DNA from: Candidatus Parcubacteria bacterium
GTDB taxonomy: Bacteria > Patescibacteriota > Patescibacteriia > CAIXNZ01
Length of the DNA: 62,097 nucleotides
NCBI GenBank assembly: GCA_026395685.1
Contig: JAPLYG010000019.1
Coordinates: 1 to 62,097, forward strand
Direction: 5' to 3'
Shown one piece after another: positions 26,887 to 35,700 of the stretch. Both the position numbers and the translations under genes were made by a program. The notes under the pieces were generated by a model, which saw only the letters and a program-made list of their open reading frames with translations, did not search any database and was not told the origin of the DNA. Each line of letters starts with the position of its first letter. The stretch's first letter is position 1.

Positions 26887-26915
26887 AAGAGACCACTCGG
26901 TCTCTTCTTTTTTTT
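26887..26915 (+). terminator. Intrinsic terminator for the tRNA-Trp unit
   Basis: AAGAGACC-ACTC-GGTCTCTT followed by CTTTTTTTT. Confidence 0.65.
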
Positions 26916-26949
26916 AAAAAAAAATAGGGATTCCTTTTGGAGAATCCCT
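26916..26949 (-). terminator. Intrinsic terminator after the CM-methyltransferase gene
   Basis: AGGGAUUC-UCCAAAAG-GAAUCCCU followed by AUUUUUUUUU on the minus strand. Confidence 0.6.
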
Positions 26950-26958
26950 AGCAATACT

Positions 26959-28092
26959 TTAAAAAGTTTTCGTGACTAGTACGGTAATATAAGAGCCGTA
27001 TGGCGAGTTTTCCAAACTTGTATCAATCTTGCCCATGTGAGCTTTAAGCTGGTCATTCAGAGTGTATTCTGGCAGTAAACCAGAAACAGTAGGAAAAGTA
27101 TTTATCCTGCTGATCACAAATTTTGGGGAAAATAAGTCTGTTACTTCATCCTGAGAATATGCTCTGGCATAAACCAAATAGCTCCTAGCGCCGTTTAATT
27201 TAACTTCCAGGCAATTTTTTGGCCGGTTAATAACAGCGTTTAAGCTGACTGGCCAGGGAATGAAAGGAAAATCATAGATCAAAGCTTCAGAATTATAAAA
27301 GGATAAAAAAGCTCCGCCATGGGGCTGCAAAACCCTTTCAATTTCCCGAATAACTCCCTTGATATCCCTGAAATCACTGGCTGTGCCAAGATTACAGACT
27401 ACCAAAGAAACTGATTCGTCTTTGAGCGGAATGCCATTTTCGAAATCAACAACTTCAAAGGAAATATTATGATTTTTACGATCCTCAGCATTCATCTGGG
27501 CAACTTCAATCATGGTCGGGCTAAGGTCATAGGCCTTAACCTGTTTAAAGCGCTTTGCCAAGAAAAAACTCATCAAGCCGGTAGCGCAACCAAGGTCAAC
27601 TGCCAGCTGATTTGGCAAATGATTAAAGCTTTCAAGCAAACATTTTTGCTCATAGGCCTGATAGGACCTCAAAGCAAAACCTGCTTTATCATGATAGCGT
27701 TCATCATAGTTAAGAGCGAACGCGGCAGTCAGCTCCAGCAAGGTTTGCTTTTTGGCAGCATACCAGGCATCATCCATTTCTTCAGATCTTTTCGGTTTTG
27801 GCCTGGTTTCATCCTGAAGCTGCTGCAATTGTATTTTGCAGGATTCATCAATAATAAAATAGAGCAAGGAAGCTGCAAAATTGGCATTAATACCATATTT
27901 TTCAGCTAACTCCATTATTTTATTTACCCGATCGCTTTCAGTAGAAAGACGAACTATCTTAACAGCATCAATTTCTTTGCTTTCCGCAACTTGCCGTACC
28001 AATGAAAATCTGCGTTCCAAGACAGCCAATAACATTTCATCAACTTGGGCAATCAAAGGTCCCAATTCCGAAAGAGTTAGCGATCTCGGCAT
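26959..28092 (-). CDS. Chorismate mutase (AroQ-like) domain fused to a class I SAM methyltransferase
   Basis: Start refined to MPRSLTL (GGGGAG lies 7 nt upstream). The N-terminus L..LI..VDEMLL.VLERRF.L...V...K resembles AroQ CM. The MT motif I is AVDLGCATGL. Confidence 0.65.
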   Translation of the reverse strand: MPRSLTLSELGPLIAQVDEMLLAVLERRFSLVRQVAESKEIDAVKIVRLSTESDRVNKIMELAEKYGINANFAASLLYFIIDESCKIQLQQLQDETRPKPKRSEEMDDAWYAAKKQTLLELTAAFALNYDERYHDKAGFALRSYQAYEQKCLLESFNHLPNQLAVDLGCATGLMSFFLAKRFKQVKAYDLSPTMIEVAQMNAEDRKNHNISFEVVDFENGIPLKDESVSLVVCNLGTASDFRDIKGVIREIERVLQPHGGAFLSFYNSEALIYDFPFIPWPVSLNAVINRPKNCLEVKLNGARSYLVYARAYSQDEVTDLFSPKFVISRINTFPTVSGLLPEYTLNDQLKAHMGKIDTSLENSPYGSYITVLVTKTF

Positions 28093-28108
28093 GTCCATAC
28101 TCCCCTCA

Positions 28109-28134
28109 ATAAAAAGGGGCTCTAATCGAGCCCC
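28109..28134 (-). terminator. Hairpin plus U-run enclosing the trpS2 stop codon
   Basis: GGGGCUC-GAUUA-GAGCCCC followed by UUUUU on the minus strand. The TAG stop of TrpRS2 lies in the loop. Confidence 0.55.
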
Positions 28135-29108
28135 ATTGCTTGTCTGACCTGATGCAAGGTCGGCCGGGCGCTGACTTTTGCCCTTTTGGCGCACTCGACC
28201 AACACGTCCCGAACATAGTCGTCGTTATAGCTGTAGTATTTTTCCTGAATCGGCGCCAGCAAAGCGACCACTTTTTCAGCGGCCATCTGCTTGCATTCCA
28301 CGCAAGACAAAGTTCCGGCTTTACATCCCTGCATAATGGCAATGATCTCCTGATCAGTGCACAACAGGTTATGCAAGGGGTAGATGCTGCCGCAGTTATT
28401 GAGCGGGTCACCCGGATCATTGCGGTGGATTCTGTTGGTGTCGGTTAAACCGCTTTTCACTTTTTCCCTGATGGTCGTTGCATCATCCAGCAAATCAATG
28501 CCGTTGTTATGCGACTTTCCCATCTTGCTTCCATCCAGACCGGGTAAACGAACTGCTTCGTTTTCCAGCGTCTTGGGAATGGCGAAAATGTTTTCATAAA
28601 GATGATTGAAGCGGTGGGCAAACGCGCGAGCCATTTCCACATGCGGAATCTGGTCGCTGCCCACGGGCACAATCGTAGCCCTGTGGATGAGAATATCCGA
28701 GGCCATCAAAACCGGATAAGTCAGCAGTCCGTGATTAACATTATCCGGATTTTCACGAACCTTTTCTTTGAAAGTCGTGCAGCGTTCCAATTCACCAAGC
28801 TGGACAACCATGCCCAAAAGCAGGGTCAATTCCGCCACTTCGGGCAAAGACGACTGATAATAAACCACGGACCGATTAGGGTCAATACCAGTGGCCAAGA
28901 ATGTTTTCACAATCGGCAACCGATTTTGCCTTAATACATCCGGGTCAGGGTGCGTAGTTAAAGTGTGATAATCAGCGACAAAGAAAAAGCACTGATGCTT
29001 TTCCTGCAGCGGGAAAAAATTCCGAATTGCTCCGAAATAGTTGCCCAAATGCAGTTTTCCCGTCGCGCGGATTCCCGACACTACAACCGGCAAACCTTCA
29101 TCGTTCAT
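28122..29108 (-). CDS. trpS: Tryptophanyl-tRNA synthetase, second divergent copy with a C-x22-C-x6-C-x2-C motif
   Basis: 328 aa. HIGH-type motif KLHLGN, KMGKS, and the TrpRS core (VGSDQIPH). NNC-x22-C-x6-C-x2-C in the C-terminal domain. More GC-rich than trpS at 11092. RBS AAGGAG. Confidence 0.85.
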   Translation of the reverse strand: MNDEGLPVVVSGIRATGKLHLGNYFGAIRNFFPLQEKHQCFFFVADYHTLTTHPDPDVLRQNRLPIVKTFLATGIDPNRSVVYYQSSLPEVAELTLLLGMVVQLGELERCTTFKEKVRENPDNVNHGLLTYPVLMASDILIHRATIVPVGSDQIPHVEMARAFAHRFNHLYENIFAIPKTLENEAVRLPGLDGSKMGKSHNNGIDLLDDATTIREKVKSGLTDTNRIHRNDPGDPLNNCGSIYPLHNLLCTDQEIIAIMQGCKAGTLSCVECKQMAAEKVVALLAPIQEKYYSYNDDYVRDVLVECAKRAKVSARPTLHQVRQAMGLD

Positions 29109-29370
29109 ATCCTAACTCCTTTTGTGGGGGGCTGAAAAAAACAAATATCCCTATAATCTATATAAAACTCCGACAATCAGTAAAAGCCGAAGATTTTTCA
29201 AGGTACTGATATTACAACTTATCATAAACATTATATATATGTCAAACTATTATCTAGTTGCCCAAGATGCCTCAAAATCCATTCTTTTATGCCCGTATTA
29301 AGTGTTTGATTTTTTTGGCAAAATAATCTATACTAACCATATAATTTTTTATTACATTTATTCTATATTT

Positions 29371-30672
29371 ATGGCTCACTTTATTATCAATGGCGGTAAA
29401 AAGCTTACAGGCACTATCTCAACCAACTCCGCTAAAAATTCTGCAGTTGCTATTTTATGCGCCACTGTCATGATCAACGGCAAAACGACTTTAAGCAATG
29501 TTCCGGTCATTGAAGAGGTAAAAAGAATTATTGAAATCCTGACGTCCATTGGATTAAAAATTACCTGGACAGCCGATCATCAGCTGGAAATAATAAATGA
29601 CAATAAAATAAATCTGCGGGATTTAAATACTGGCTCATTCTGTAAAACCAGATCAGCCTTACTTTTAATGGGTGCCCTTTGCGGCAGACTGGAAAATTTC
29701 TCATTGCCTCAGCCGGGCGGATGCAAACTGGGCATCAGGACTGTTAATCCCTATCTCATTGCATTTGAACATTTAAATATCGAAGTCAAAGAAAGCGAGA
29801 CAGAATATAAAATTAATTCTAAGCATAAAAAAGCCGGCAACTTTACCATGTATGAATCAGGAGATACTGCAACTGAAAATACAATCATGGCTGCTATTTT
29901 GACTCCGGGACTGTCTGAAATAAATTTTGCGTCATCCAATTATATGGTTCAGGACCTATGCCACTTTTTAGTTGCAGCCGGCGCTAAAATTGAAGGCATC
30001 GGTACGAAAAAACTAACCATTAATGGGGTTGAAGAATTAAAGCCGGTTACAAACTATCCAATCATGCCTGATCCGATTGAAGCCATGGCTTTTATTTCCA
30101 TTGCTATTACTACCAAATCTCAATTTACAATAACTCATTGCCCTCTTGATTTTTTAAGTCTGGAATTGGAAAAACTCAGAGTAATGGGACAAAAATTTAA
30201 GCTTAGTCCGGTTTACAAATCAGCCAATGGCTATTTTGACTTAGTTGATATTGAATTATTTCCTTCTGAGCTGAAAGCGCTGCCTGATAAAATCCATCCC
30301 CAGCCCTATCCCGGCTTAAATATTGACAACCTGCCTATTTTTATTCCAATTTTGACTCAGGCTAATGGCTCAACCTTGGTTCACGATTGGGTTTATGAAG
30401 ACCGGTTGATTTATGCCATTGAATTAAAGCGCATGGGTGCTAATATTACTCTTTATGACCCGCATCGAATTTTGGTAACCGGTCCGACTGAATTACAACC
30501 GGCAGAAATCATTTGCCCCCCGGCTTTACGGCCTTCAATCAACCTACTTATCTGCATGCTGGCAGCCAACGGCAAATCTACACTCCGTAACTCCTACCCT
30601 ATTGATCGCGGCTATGAAAATATTGCTGAAAGGCTAAAAACCTTAGGCGCGGATATTGAGAGAGTCGAATAA
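29371..30672 (+). CDS. murA: UDP-N-acetylglucosamine 1-carboxyvinyltransferase
   Basis: Start refined to MAHFIINGG. EPSP-synthase/MurA fold pattern, with active-site region PGGCKLGIRTVNP. Confidence 0.85.
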   Translation: MAHFIINGGKKLTGTISTNSAKNSAVAILCATVMINGKTTLSNVPVIEEVKRIIEILTSIGLKITWTADHQLEIINDNKINLRDLNTGSFCKTRSALLLMGALCGRLENFSLPQPGGCKLGIRTVNPYLIAFEHLNIEVKESETEYKINSKHKKAGNFTMYESGDTATENTIMAAILTPGLSEINFASSNYMVQDLCHFLVAAGAKIEGIGTKKLTINGVEELKPVTNYPIMPDPIEAMAFISIAITTKSQFTITHCPLDFLSLELEKLRVMGQKFKLSPVYKSANGYFDLVDIELFPSELKALPDKIHPQPYPGLNIDNLPIFIPILTQANGSTLVHDWVYEDRLIYAIELKRMGANITLYDPHRILVTGPTELQPAEIICPPALRPSINLLICMLAANGKSTLRNSYPIDRGYENIAERLKTLGADIERVE

Positions 30673-30729
30673 TATCTAATTAGATATTGTTTGGTGATTG
30701 ATCATTGTTTATTGATTATTAAATAAAAA

Positions 30730-30760
30730 GAGGACGCTCCCAAGAGCGTCCTCTTTGTTG
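30730..30760 (+). terminator. Intrinsic terminator (palindromic stem, between convergent genes)
   Basis: GAGGACGCTC-CCAA-GAGCGTCCTC followed by TTTGTTG. Confidence 0.65.
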
Positions 30761-30843
30761 TTTGTTAATCGATATGGATAATCGTTACGTTAATCGTATT
30801 TCGGTTAAAGTAACTTTAAACGACACCTATAAACAAGAAACTA

Positions 30844-32565
30844 TTATTTAAACCAATTCAGTAATTTATCCAGCTCCCAAGAATTAATAATATCATTTTT
30901 GGTTGCCCAGCCTCTCCTGGCCGTGGCAATACCATATTTAATTAGATCCAAATGATCCAAGTGATGTGCATCAGAATCAATGCAAAACTTACAGCCATAA
31001 CTCAAAGCATCTTTGACTAAAGTATCTTTCAGATCCAAACGTTCAGGAAAAGAATTAACTTCCAGAGCAACCCTATATTTGGCGCAGGCTTTGAAAATTT
31101 CAATCCAATCCACATCATAACCGTTTCTGTGGCCGATTAAGCGACCAGATGGATGGCCAAAAATTTTAATGCCTGATTTTATGCCTGATAAAATTCTTTT
31201 CGTCATAGCGGCCTCGTCCTGATTAAAGGCGGAATGAACCGAACCAATGCTGTAATCCAATTTCTTCAAAGTAGCTGAGGAAATATCAAGCTTACCGTCA
31301 GCCTTAATATTTATTTCTGCGCCAGCCAAAAGTCTAAAGCCTTTAAATTTTTTGTTTACTTTATAAATCTCTGCTTTATGCGCCAAAAGCTTTTGATCGG
31401 ATAAGCCAGAAGCCACGCCCAAACCGACTGTATGGTCGGAAATGCCCAGATAATTATATTTCAGTTTTAATGCCTTTTGCGCTAATTCAGTAATAGTATT
31501 ATGACCGTCGCTTTTATTGGTATGGCAATGCAAATCGCCCAAAATCTCATGATAGCCTATTACTTTAGGTAATTTATGAGCCAAAGCCGCTTCAATTTCC
31601 CCTCTGTCTTCCCTTAATTCAGGCTCGATATAGTCCATACCCAAAAAATTGTATAAACTTATCTCGTCTTTGAAATGATAAATTTTAGAACCTTTTTCAA
31701 TCCCGTATTCTGAAATTTTCAAACCTTTGGCGCTGGCCCAGGTGCGCAAGGCCACATTATGTTCCTTAGATCCGGTAAAATGCTGAAGCAAAGAACCATA
31801 AGTCTCTGCTGGCAATATTTCCAGATCAACCCTGATGTTTTTACGATGGGTAATGGAAATTTTGGTATTACCTTTGGCTAAAATATTTTTTACAAACGGC
31901 GCTTTGGCAAATTTATCAATAATATTTTTTGGCGCCGCAGTGGCCACCACAATATCAATGTCGCCGATAGTCTCTTTCATGCGGCGCAAAGAGCCGACAG
32001 CATCGCATTTTTTTACCGACTTATCCTTGTTTAAAAAATCTAAAATTTCTTCCGCAATCGGTCCGGCTGTTGTCAAAACCATACGGTTTCTTTCCTTGGT
32101 GCGATTCTGAAATTGCTCAATCCCCCGCAAAATATTTAGTTCAGACTGTTTTTTGAAACGCGACAATTTTTCAATCACCCCTGATCTGGCTGCTTTAGCT
32201 AATTTATCAATGCTGTCAATTTTTAATTTTTTATACAAGACTTCCGCAGTTTTCGGCCCGATACCCGGTACTTCAGTTAAAATTAACATCTTTTCGGGAA
32301 ATTCCTTAGTCAATTGGGTATAAGCTTGCAATTTGCCGGTCTTTAAAAGTTCCACAATCTTTTCCGCAATACTGACCCCCACGCCGGGAACATCTTCCAA
32401 TGCCTTGATGCCTCCTTCCTTATAAATATCCTCCAAATCCTTGGTTAAATTAGAAATCACATCAGCCACCCGCTCATAAGCAAGCACACGAAAACGACTA
32501 TCGTTTTTCAATTCCAATATTATGGAAATGTTTTTAAAAATTTTAGCAATCTGCTGATTATTCAT
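30844..32565 (-). CDS. polX: Family X DNA polymerase with C-terminal PHP domain (PolX)
   Basis: 573 aa. N-terminal HhH/Pol-beta-like region, GSLRR..ETIGDIDIV nucleotidyltransferase motif, and PHP HCHTNKSDG. Confidence 0.85.
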   Translation of the reverse strand: MNNQQIAKIFKNISIILELKNDSRFRVLAYERVADVISNLTKDLEDIYKEGGIKALEDVPGVGVSIAEKIVELLKTGKLQAYTQLTKEFPEKMLILTEVPGIGPKTAEVLYKKLKIDSIDKLAKAARSGVIEKLSRFKKQSELNILRGIEQFQNRTKERNRMVLTTAGPIAEEILDFLNKDKSVKKCDAVGSLRRMKETIGDIDIVVATAAPKNIIDKFAKAPFVKNILAKGNTKISITHRKNIRVDLEILPAETYGSLLQHFTGSKEHNVALRTWASAKGLKISEYGIEKGSKIYHFKDEISLYNFLGMDYIEPELREDRGEIEAALAHKLPKVIGYHEILGDLHCHTNKSDGHNTITELAQKALKLKYNYLGISDHTVGLGVASGLSDQKLLAHKAEIYKVNKKFKGFRLLAGAEINIKADGKLDISSATLKKLDYSIGSVHSAFNQDEAAMTKRILSGIKSGIKIFGHPSGRLIGHRNGYDVDWIEIFKACAKYRVALEVNSFPERLDLKDTLVKDALSYGCKFCIDSDAHHLDHLDLIKYGIATARRGWATKNDIINSWELDKLLNWFK

Positions 32566-32598
32566 TTGAGATTTAAAAATTTATTTGATATTTTACTG

Positions 32599-32835
32599 CT
32601 ATAAACCCAACTCTTTATCAATCGCCGCCTTATCAAACCCAATAATAATCTTGCCCTCAATATCCAGAACAGGCACACCCATCTGGCCGGACTTATCAAT
32701 CATCTTTTGGGCATTTTTCGGGTCTGATACGTCAAAATTTATGTAAGTAATCTTTTTAGAATCCAAATACTCCTTCGCCTGATGGCAAAAGGGACAAGTG
32801 GGCGTAGTATAAATAGCAATTTTTTTAAGTTTCAT
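32599..32835 (-). CDS. Glutaredoxin/NrdH-like thiol-disulfide protein
   Basis: 78 aa. CPFC active site and GVPVL motif. Confidence 0.75.
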   Translation of the reverse strand: MKLKKIAIYTTPTCPFCHQAKEYLDSKKITYINFDVSDPKNAQKMIDKSGQMGVPVLDIEGKIIIGFDKAAIDKELGL

Positions 32836-32856
32836 AATATTGCCTTATCTAATTAA

Positions 32857-33345
32857 TTAAAAATCTCTAATTTGAGCGCTTAATTTGGCCAGCCAATCTT
32901 CAATCTGTATTTTGCTGGCTTCCTTGTTGCTATTTACTTTATTAAAAAATTTTTCTGACAAAATTTCAGCCCCTTTAGTCAACAGTCGTAAGTTATTAAA
33001 AACTCGTTCAGCGCCCATACTTTCCTGAGTGCAAAAAAATATAACTTTTTTATCCTGCCAATAATGCCGCTCTAAAAAGGTACGCATTGCCGGCGGTATA
33101 TTTGCCGCCCAGTTCGGACAGCCTAAAAAAATCAAATCAAAATTATTAATATCAAAATTAATCTCCTCCAGTTTCGTCCTTTTTTTCATAATAGCATCAA
33201 AGCCGGACCAGATATAATTCCAGGCACCCTGACGATTTTTTTTATCCCGTAAAGGTAATAAACCACTGCCCAACTTATTGACTAAAACCTCAGCGACATA
33301 CTGCGTATTACCGGTGCGGGAATAATAAATGACTATGCTCTTCAT
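32857..33345 (-). CDS. Flavodoxin family protein
   Basis: 162 aa. N-terminal IVIYYSRTGNT FMN-phosphate loop. Confidence 0.7.
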   Translation of the reverse strand: MKSIVIYYSRTGNTQYVAEVLVNKLGSGLLPLRDKKNRQGAWNYIWSGFDAIMKKRTKLEEINFDINNFDLIFLGCPNWAANIPPAMRTFLERHYWQDKKVIFFCTQESMGAERVFNNLRLLTKGAEILSEKFFNKVNSNKEASKIQIEDWLAKLSAQIRDF

Positions 33346-33503
33346 AAAAATTATTTTTTTGCCTTTTCTGCGGATAAAATAAAATAGCCATCGCCAAAAT
33401 AAAGAAAAGTAAACCCACTATAATCATATGCCAGACAATGCCTCCTAATTTGGCACTGATTGATTTTAAGATGTCCCCGGTGATCATAATATAAAATTAA
33501 GTA

Positions 33504-33914
33504 TTAAAATCCGCGAAGTTCTTTTTCCTTAGCTCGTGCTTCTTTAATCTCTTTTTCAAATAATGGTGCGCTATTTATCTCGCGGTCTTGCTGTATTCTA
33601 TCCGCCCTAACAAAAGGATCCTCATATGGTTCTTTCTTCTTTTTAATTTGTTCTAAATGCTTTCCGATAGGTACTTCCACAGATTGTTTTTTCCATCTGC
33701 GCCAATCAGCATTATCTTTTCTATATTTACCGATTCTACTCATCCAAATGCCCACTTCATCAAAATCTGTAATGTCGTGATCAGCTAAGACAATTCTCAT
33801 TGCTTCTATTGTAGTCATACCCCGTCCTTCGTCGGAACGCATCAAATCTCTAACTTCACTGCTATAGACAACCACAGGATCGGGTTGCTTAATTATAGTT
33901 TCTTTAAATTCCAT
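33504..33914 (-). CDS. Hypothetical protein
   Basis: 136-aa ORF with a basic C-terminal half. No recognised motif. Confidence 0.45.
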   Translation of the reverse strand: MEFKETIIKQPDPVVVYSSEVRDLMRSDEGRGMTTIEAMRIVLADHDITDFDEVGIWMSRIGKYRKDNADWRRWKKQSVEVPIGKHLEQIKKKKEPYEDPFVRADRIQQDREINSAPLFEKEIKEARAKEKELRGF

Positions 33915-33934
33915 AAAGTTTTATAAATAAATTT

Positions 33935-35518
33935 TTATTCTAAATCTTCTTTTTTCTCCTTGAAAAAAGCCAGCCATTCTTCAATGCCCTGCAAAACAAT
34001 CTTTAATGGCGCCTCAATTAGAAAATCCAAAAAATATACAAAAATATTCACTTTGGAAAAATTTAAAGCTAAGAATCTGCCTAGGCGTATAAAAGGCAGG
34101 GTGAAAAAATCGAAAATCTCTCCCGGAATATTTTCTTTTTTCTTAAGTACATTCAATTCACGCGCCAAGCGGCGGATACGGACGCCAAAAAAGCTGACAA
34201 TGCTGAAAAAAATAATAAACAAACAAATGCTTAGAATTGAAAACTGTAAATAATTCAAAGCGTAAATGATAAGAGCGAACGGCACTAAATAAGAAATCAA
34301 ATAAACAAAATTTAAAAGCGACCAGATAAACCAGTTTCTGCGTTTAGGCTCTCTAATATACTGAACATCTTTGTGCTCACCCTCCAAAAGATCAAAGATC
34401 CCCTTGACCATGGCATTAGTATTTTTTTCTCCGGGAATTCTGATGGTAACTGCAATCAAAATCATCAAAATCGGAGGAAAAATTATATTAACCGCTAATG
34501 CAATGATATTAAAGGTATGCAACAAATACATATCAAAAGGTATTTCTACTATTAAAGCCAAAAGCATTTTAGTTAAAAAAACATAAACAATCGCCCGCCA
34601 AATCTGGGTTTTTAGACGTTTTTTTGTTTCAATATACTTGCTTTGGCATTTTTCCCTGATTTTTATTTCTAAAAGGTCGGGGTTGTCAATCAGCAGTGAA
34701 GCCTTCTGGAAATCCGCATAAATAACATCACGCAGAATCAGGGTCATCATGGCATAACGGCGGCAAAACTGCAGCAGCTTATTGGCCAAGCGATGATTAA
34801 TCTGCTGATTAATCTCATTCTTAATTTCAAATATCTGCTCGATAAACTGAGATAAAACCAGCTGATAATTATTCTTCCAGTCAGCATGCCATAATTTGAT
34901 AATCAAATATTCCAGCATTGGTTTATCAGATTTAACTAAGCTGCGGTTAACAGCTAAAAATATCTGCAAATTCTTTTCTTCTTCACTTAAAGTCCGAAGG
35001 CTGACTACCTCAATCCGCTCCCGCACTTCGTCATACATAAAGCGAACCAAAACTTTTGTTTTACTGGCCGGCACGATTACTTCTTCAATTTCACAGGCTG
35101 CAATATTTAAAATCCAGTCATATAGGCTCAAAGCTGCTTTTATGCCATGGCGGTTCTCAACACCCGTATAAAGCAAATCGTATTTTTCAATCACCTGGGC
35201 AACATCAACAATTAAAGATTCAGGCAGCTTATTATTTTCTAAATAACGCGCACTGATTAATTCCTTAATCACGTTTTCACCCATTTTATAATAATCTCCG
35301 CCGCCTAAAAATCTCCGCTTGAGAATGCGAAAAACTGCGCTTTTGCGCAATAAATGTTCCTCATTATAATCAACAATAGTCCTGATCTTTTCATACATAA
35401 AAGCAATGGCGCTGGTCATGATACTGACTTTTATCAATTCCTCGCCTTCTTGCTTTATCCGTTTATCTTTAAAATCGCTTTGTGCTAAATTTTCTAACAA
35501 TATGGCTAATTTTTGCAT
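33935..35518 (-). CDS. Hypothetical membrane protein (soluble N-terminal half, 4-5 C-terminal TM helices)
   Basis: 527-aa ORF with hydrophobic segments from about residue 300 onward. Confidence 0.5.
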   Translation of the reverse strand: MQKLAILLENLAQSDFKDKRIKQEGEELIKVSIMTSAIAFMYEKIRTIVDYNEEHLLRKSAVFRILKRRFLGGGDYYKMGENVIKELISARYLENNKLPESLIVDVAQVIEKYDLLYTGVENRHGIKAALSLYDWILNIAACEIEEVIVPASKTKVLVRFMYDEVRERIEVVSLRTLSEEEKNLQIFLAVNRSLVKSDKPMLEYLIIKLWHADWKNNYQLVLSQFIEQIFEIKNEINQQINHRLANKLLQFCRRYAMMTLILRDVIYADFQKASLLIDNPDLLEIKIREKCQSKYIETKKRLKTQIWRAIVYVFLTKMLLALIVEIPFDMYLLHTFNIIALAVNIIFPPILMILIAVTIRIPGEKNTNAMVKGIFDLLEGEHKDVQYIREPKRRNWFIWSLLNFVYLISYLVPFALIIYALNYLQFSILSICLFIIFFSIVSFFGVRIRRLARELNVLKKKENIPGEIFDFFTLPFIRLGRFLALNFSKVNIFVYFLDFLIEAPLKIVLQGIEEWLAFFKEKKEDLE

Positions 35519-35700
35519 ATTTTACAAAAATATAAATCAATAATGAAAGAGTCCCGTAGGGGACGCTAATTAGTACAAATTTATAATAAAATACTAATAT
35601 TTTATGCCTTAATTAATTACCAACCGTACTATAATCTTAGCAAAAATAGACAAAAAATAAAAGAGTGCGCTTAAAAACACCCCTTTATTATTAATAAATA

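Noticed and set aside
29109-29245. T-box or other riboswitch in the trpS2 leader
   Set aside because: The leader is about 110 nt and contains no T-box-like GGUGGNACCGCG sequence and no terminator/antiterminator pair. Only a promoter-like TTGACA and an AAGGAG RBS are seen.
33308-33487. 59-aa minus-strand ORF (MITGDILKSISAKLGGIVWHMIIVGLLFFILAMAILFYPQKRQ...) upstream of the flavodoxin gene
   Set aside because: It could be a small membrane protein, but it overlaps the flavodoxin start by about 38 nt in another frame, has no visible RBS and has no recognisable motif. It is not reported as a feature.
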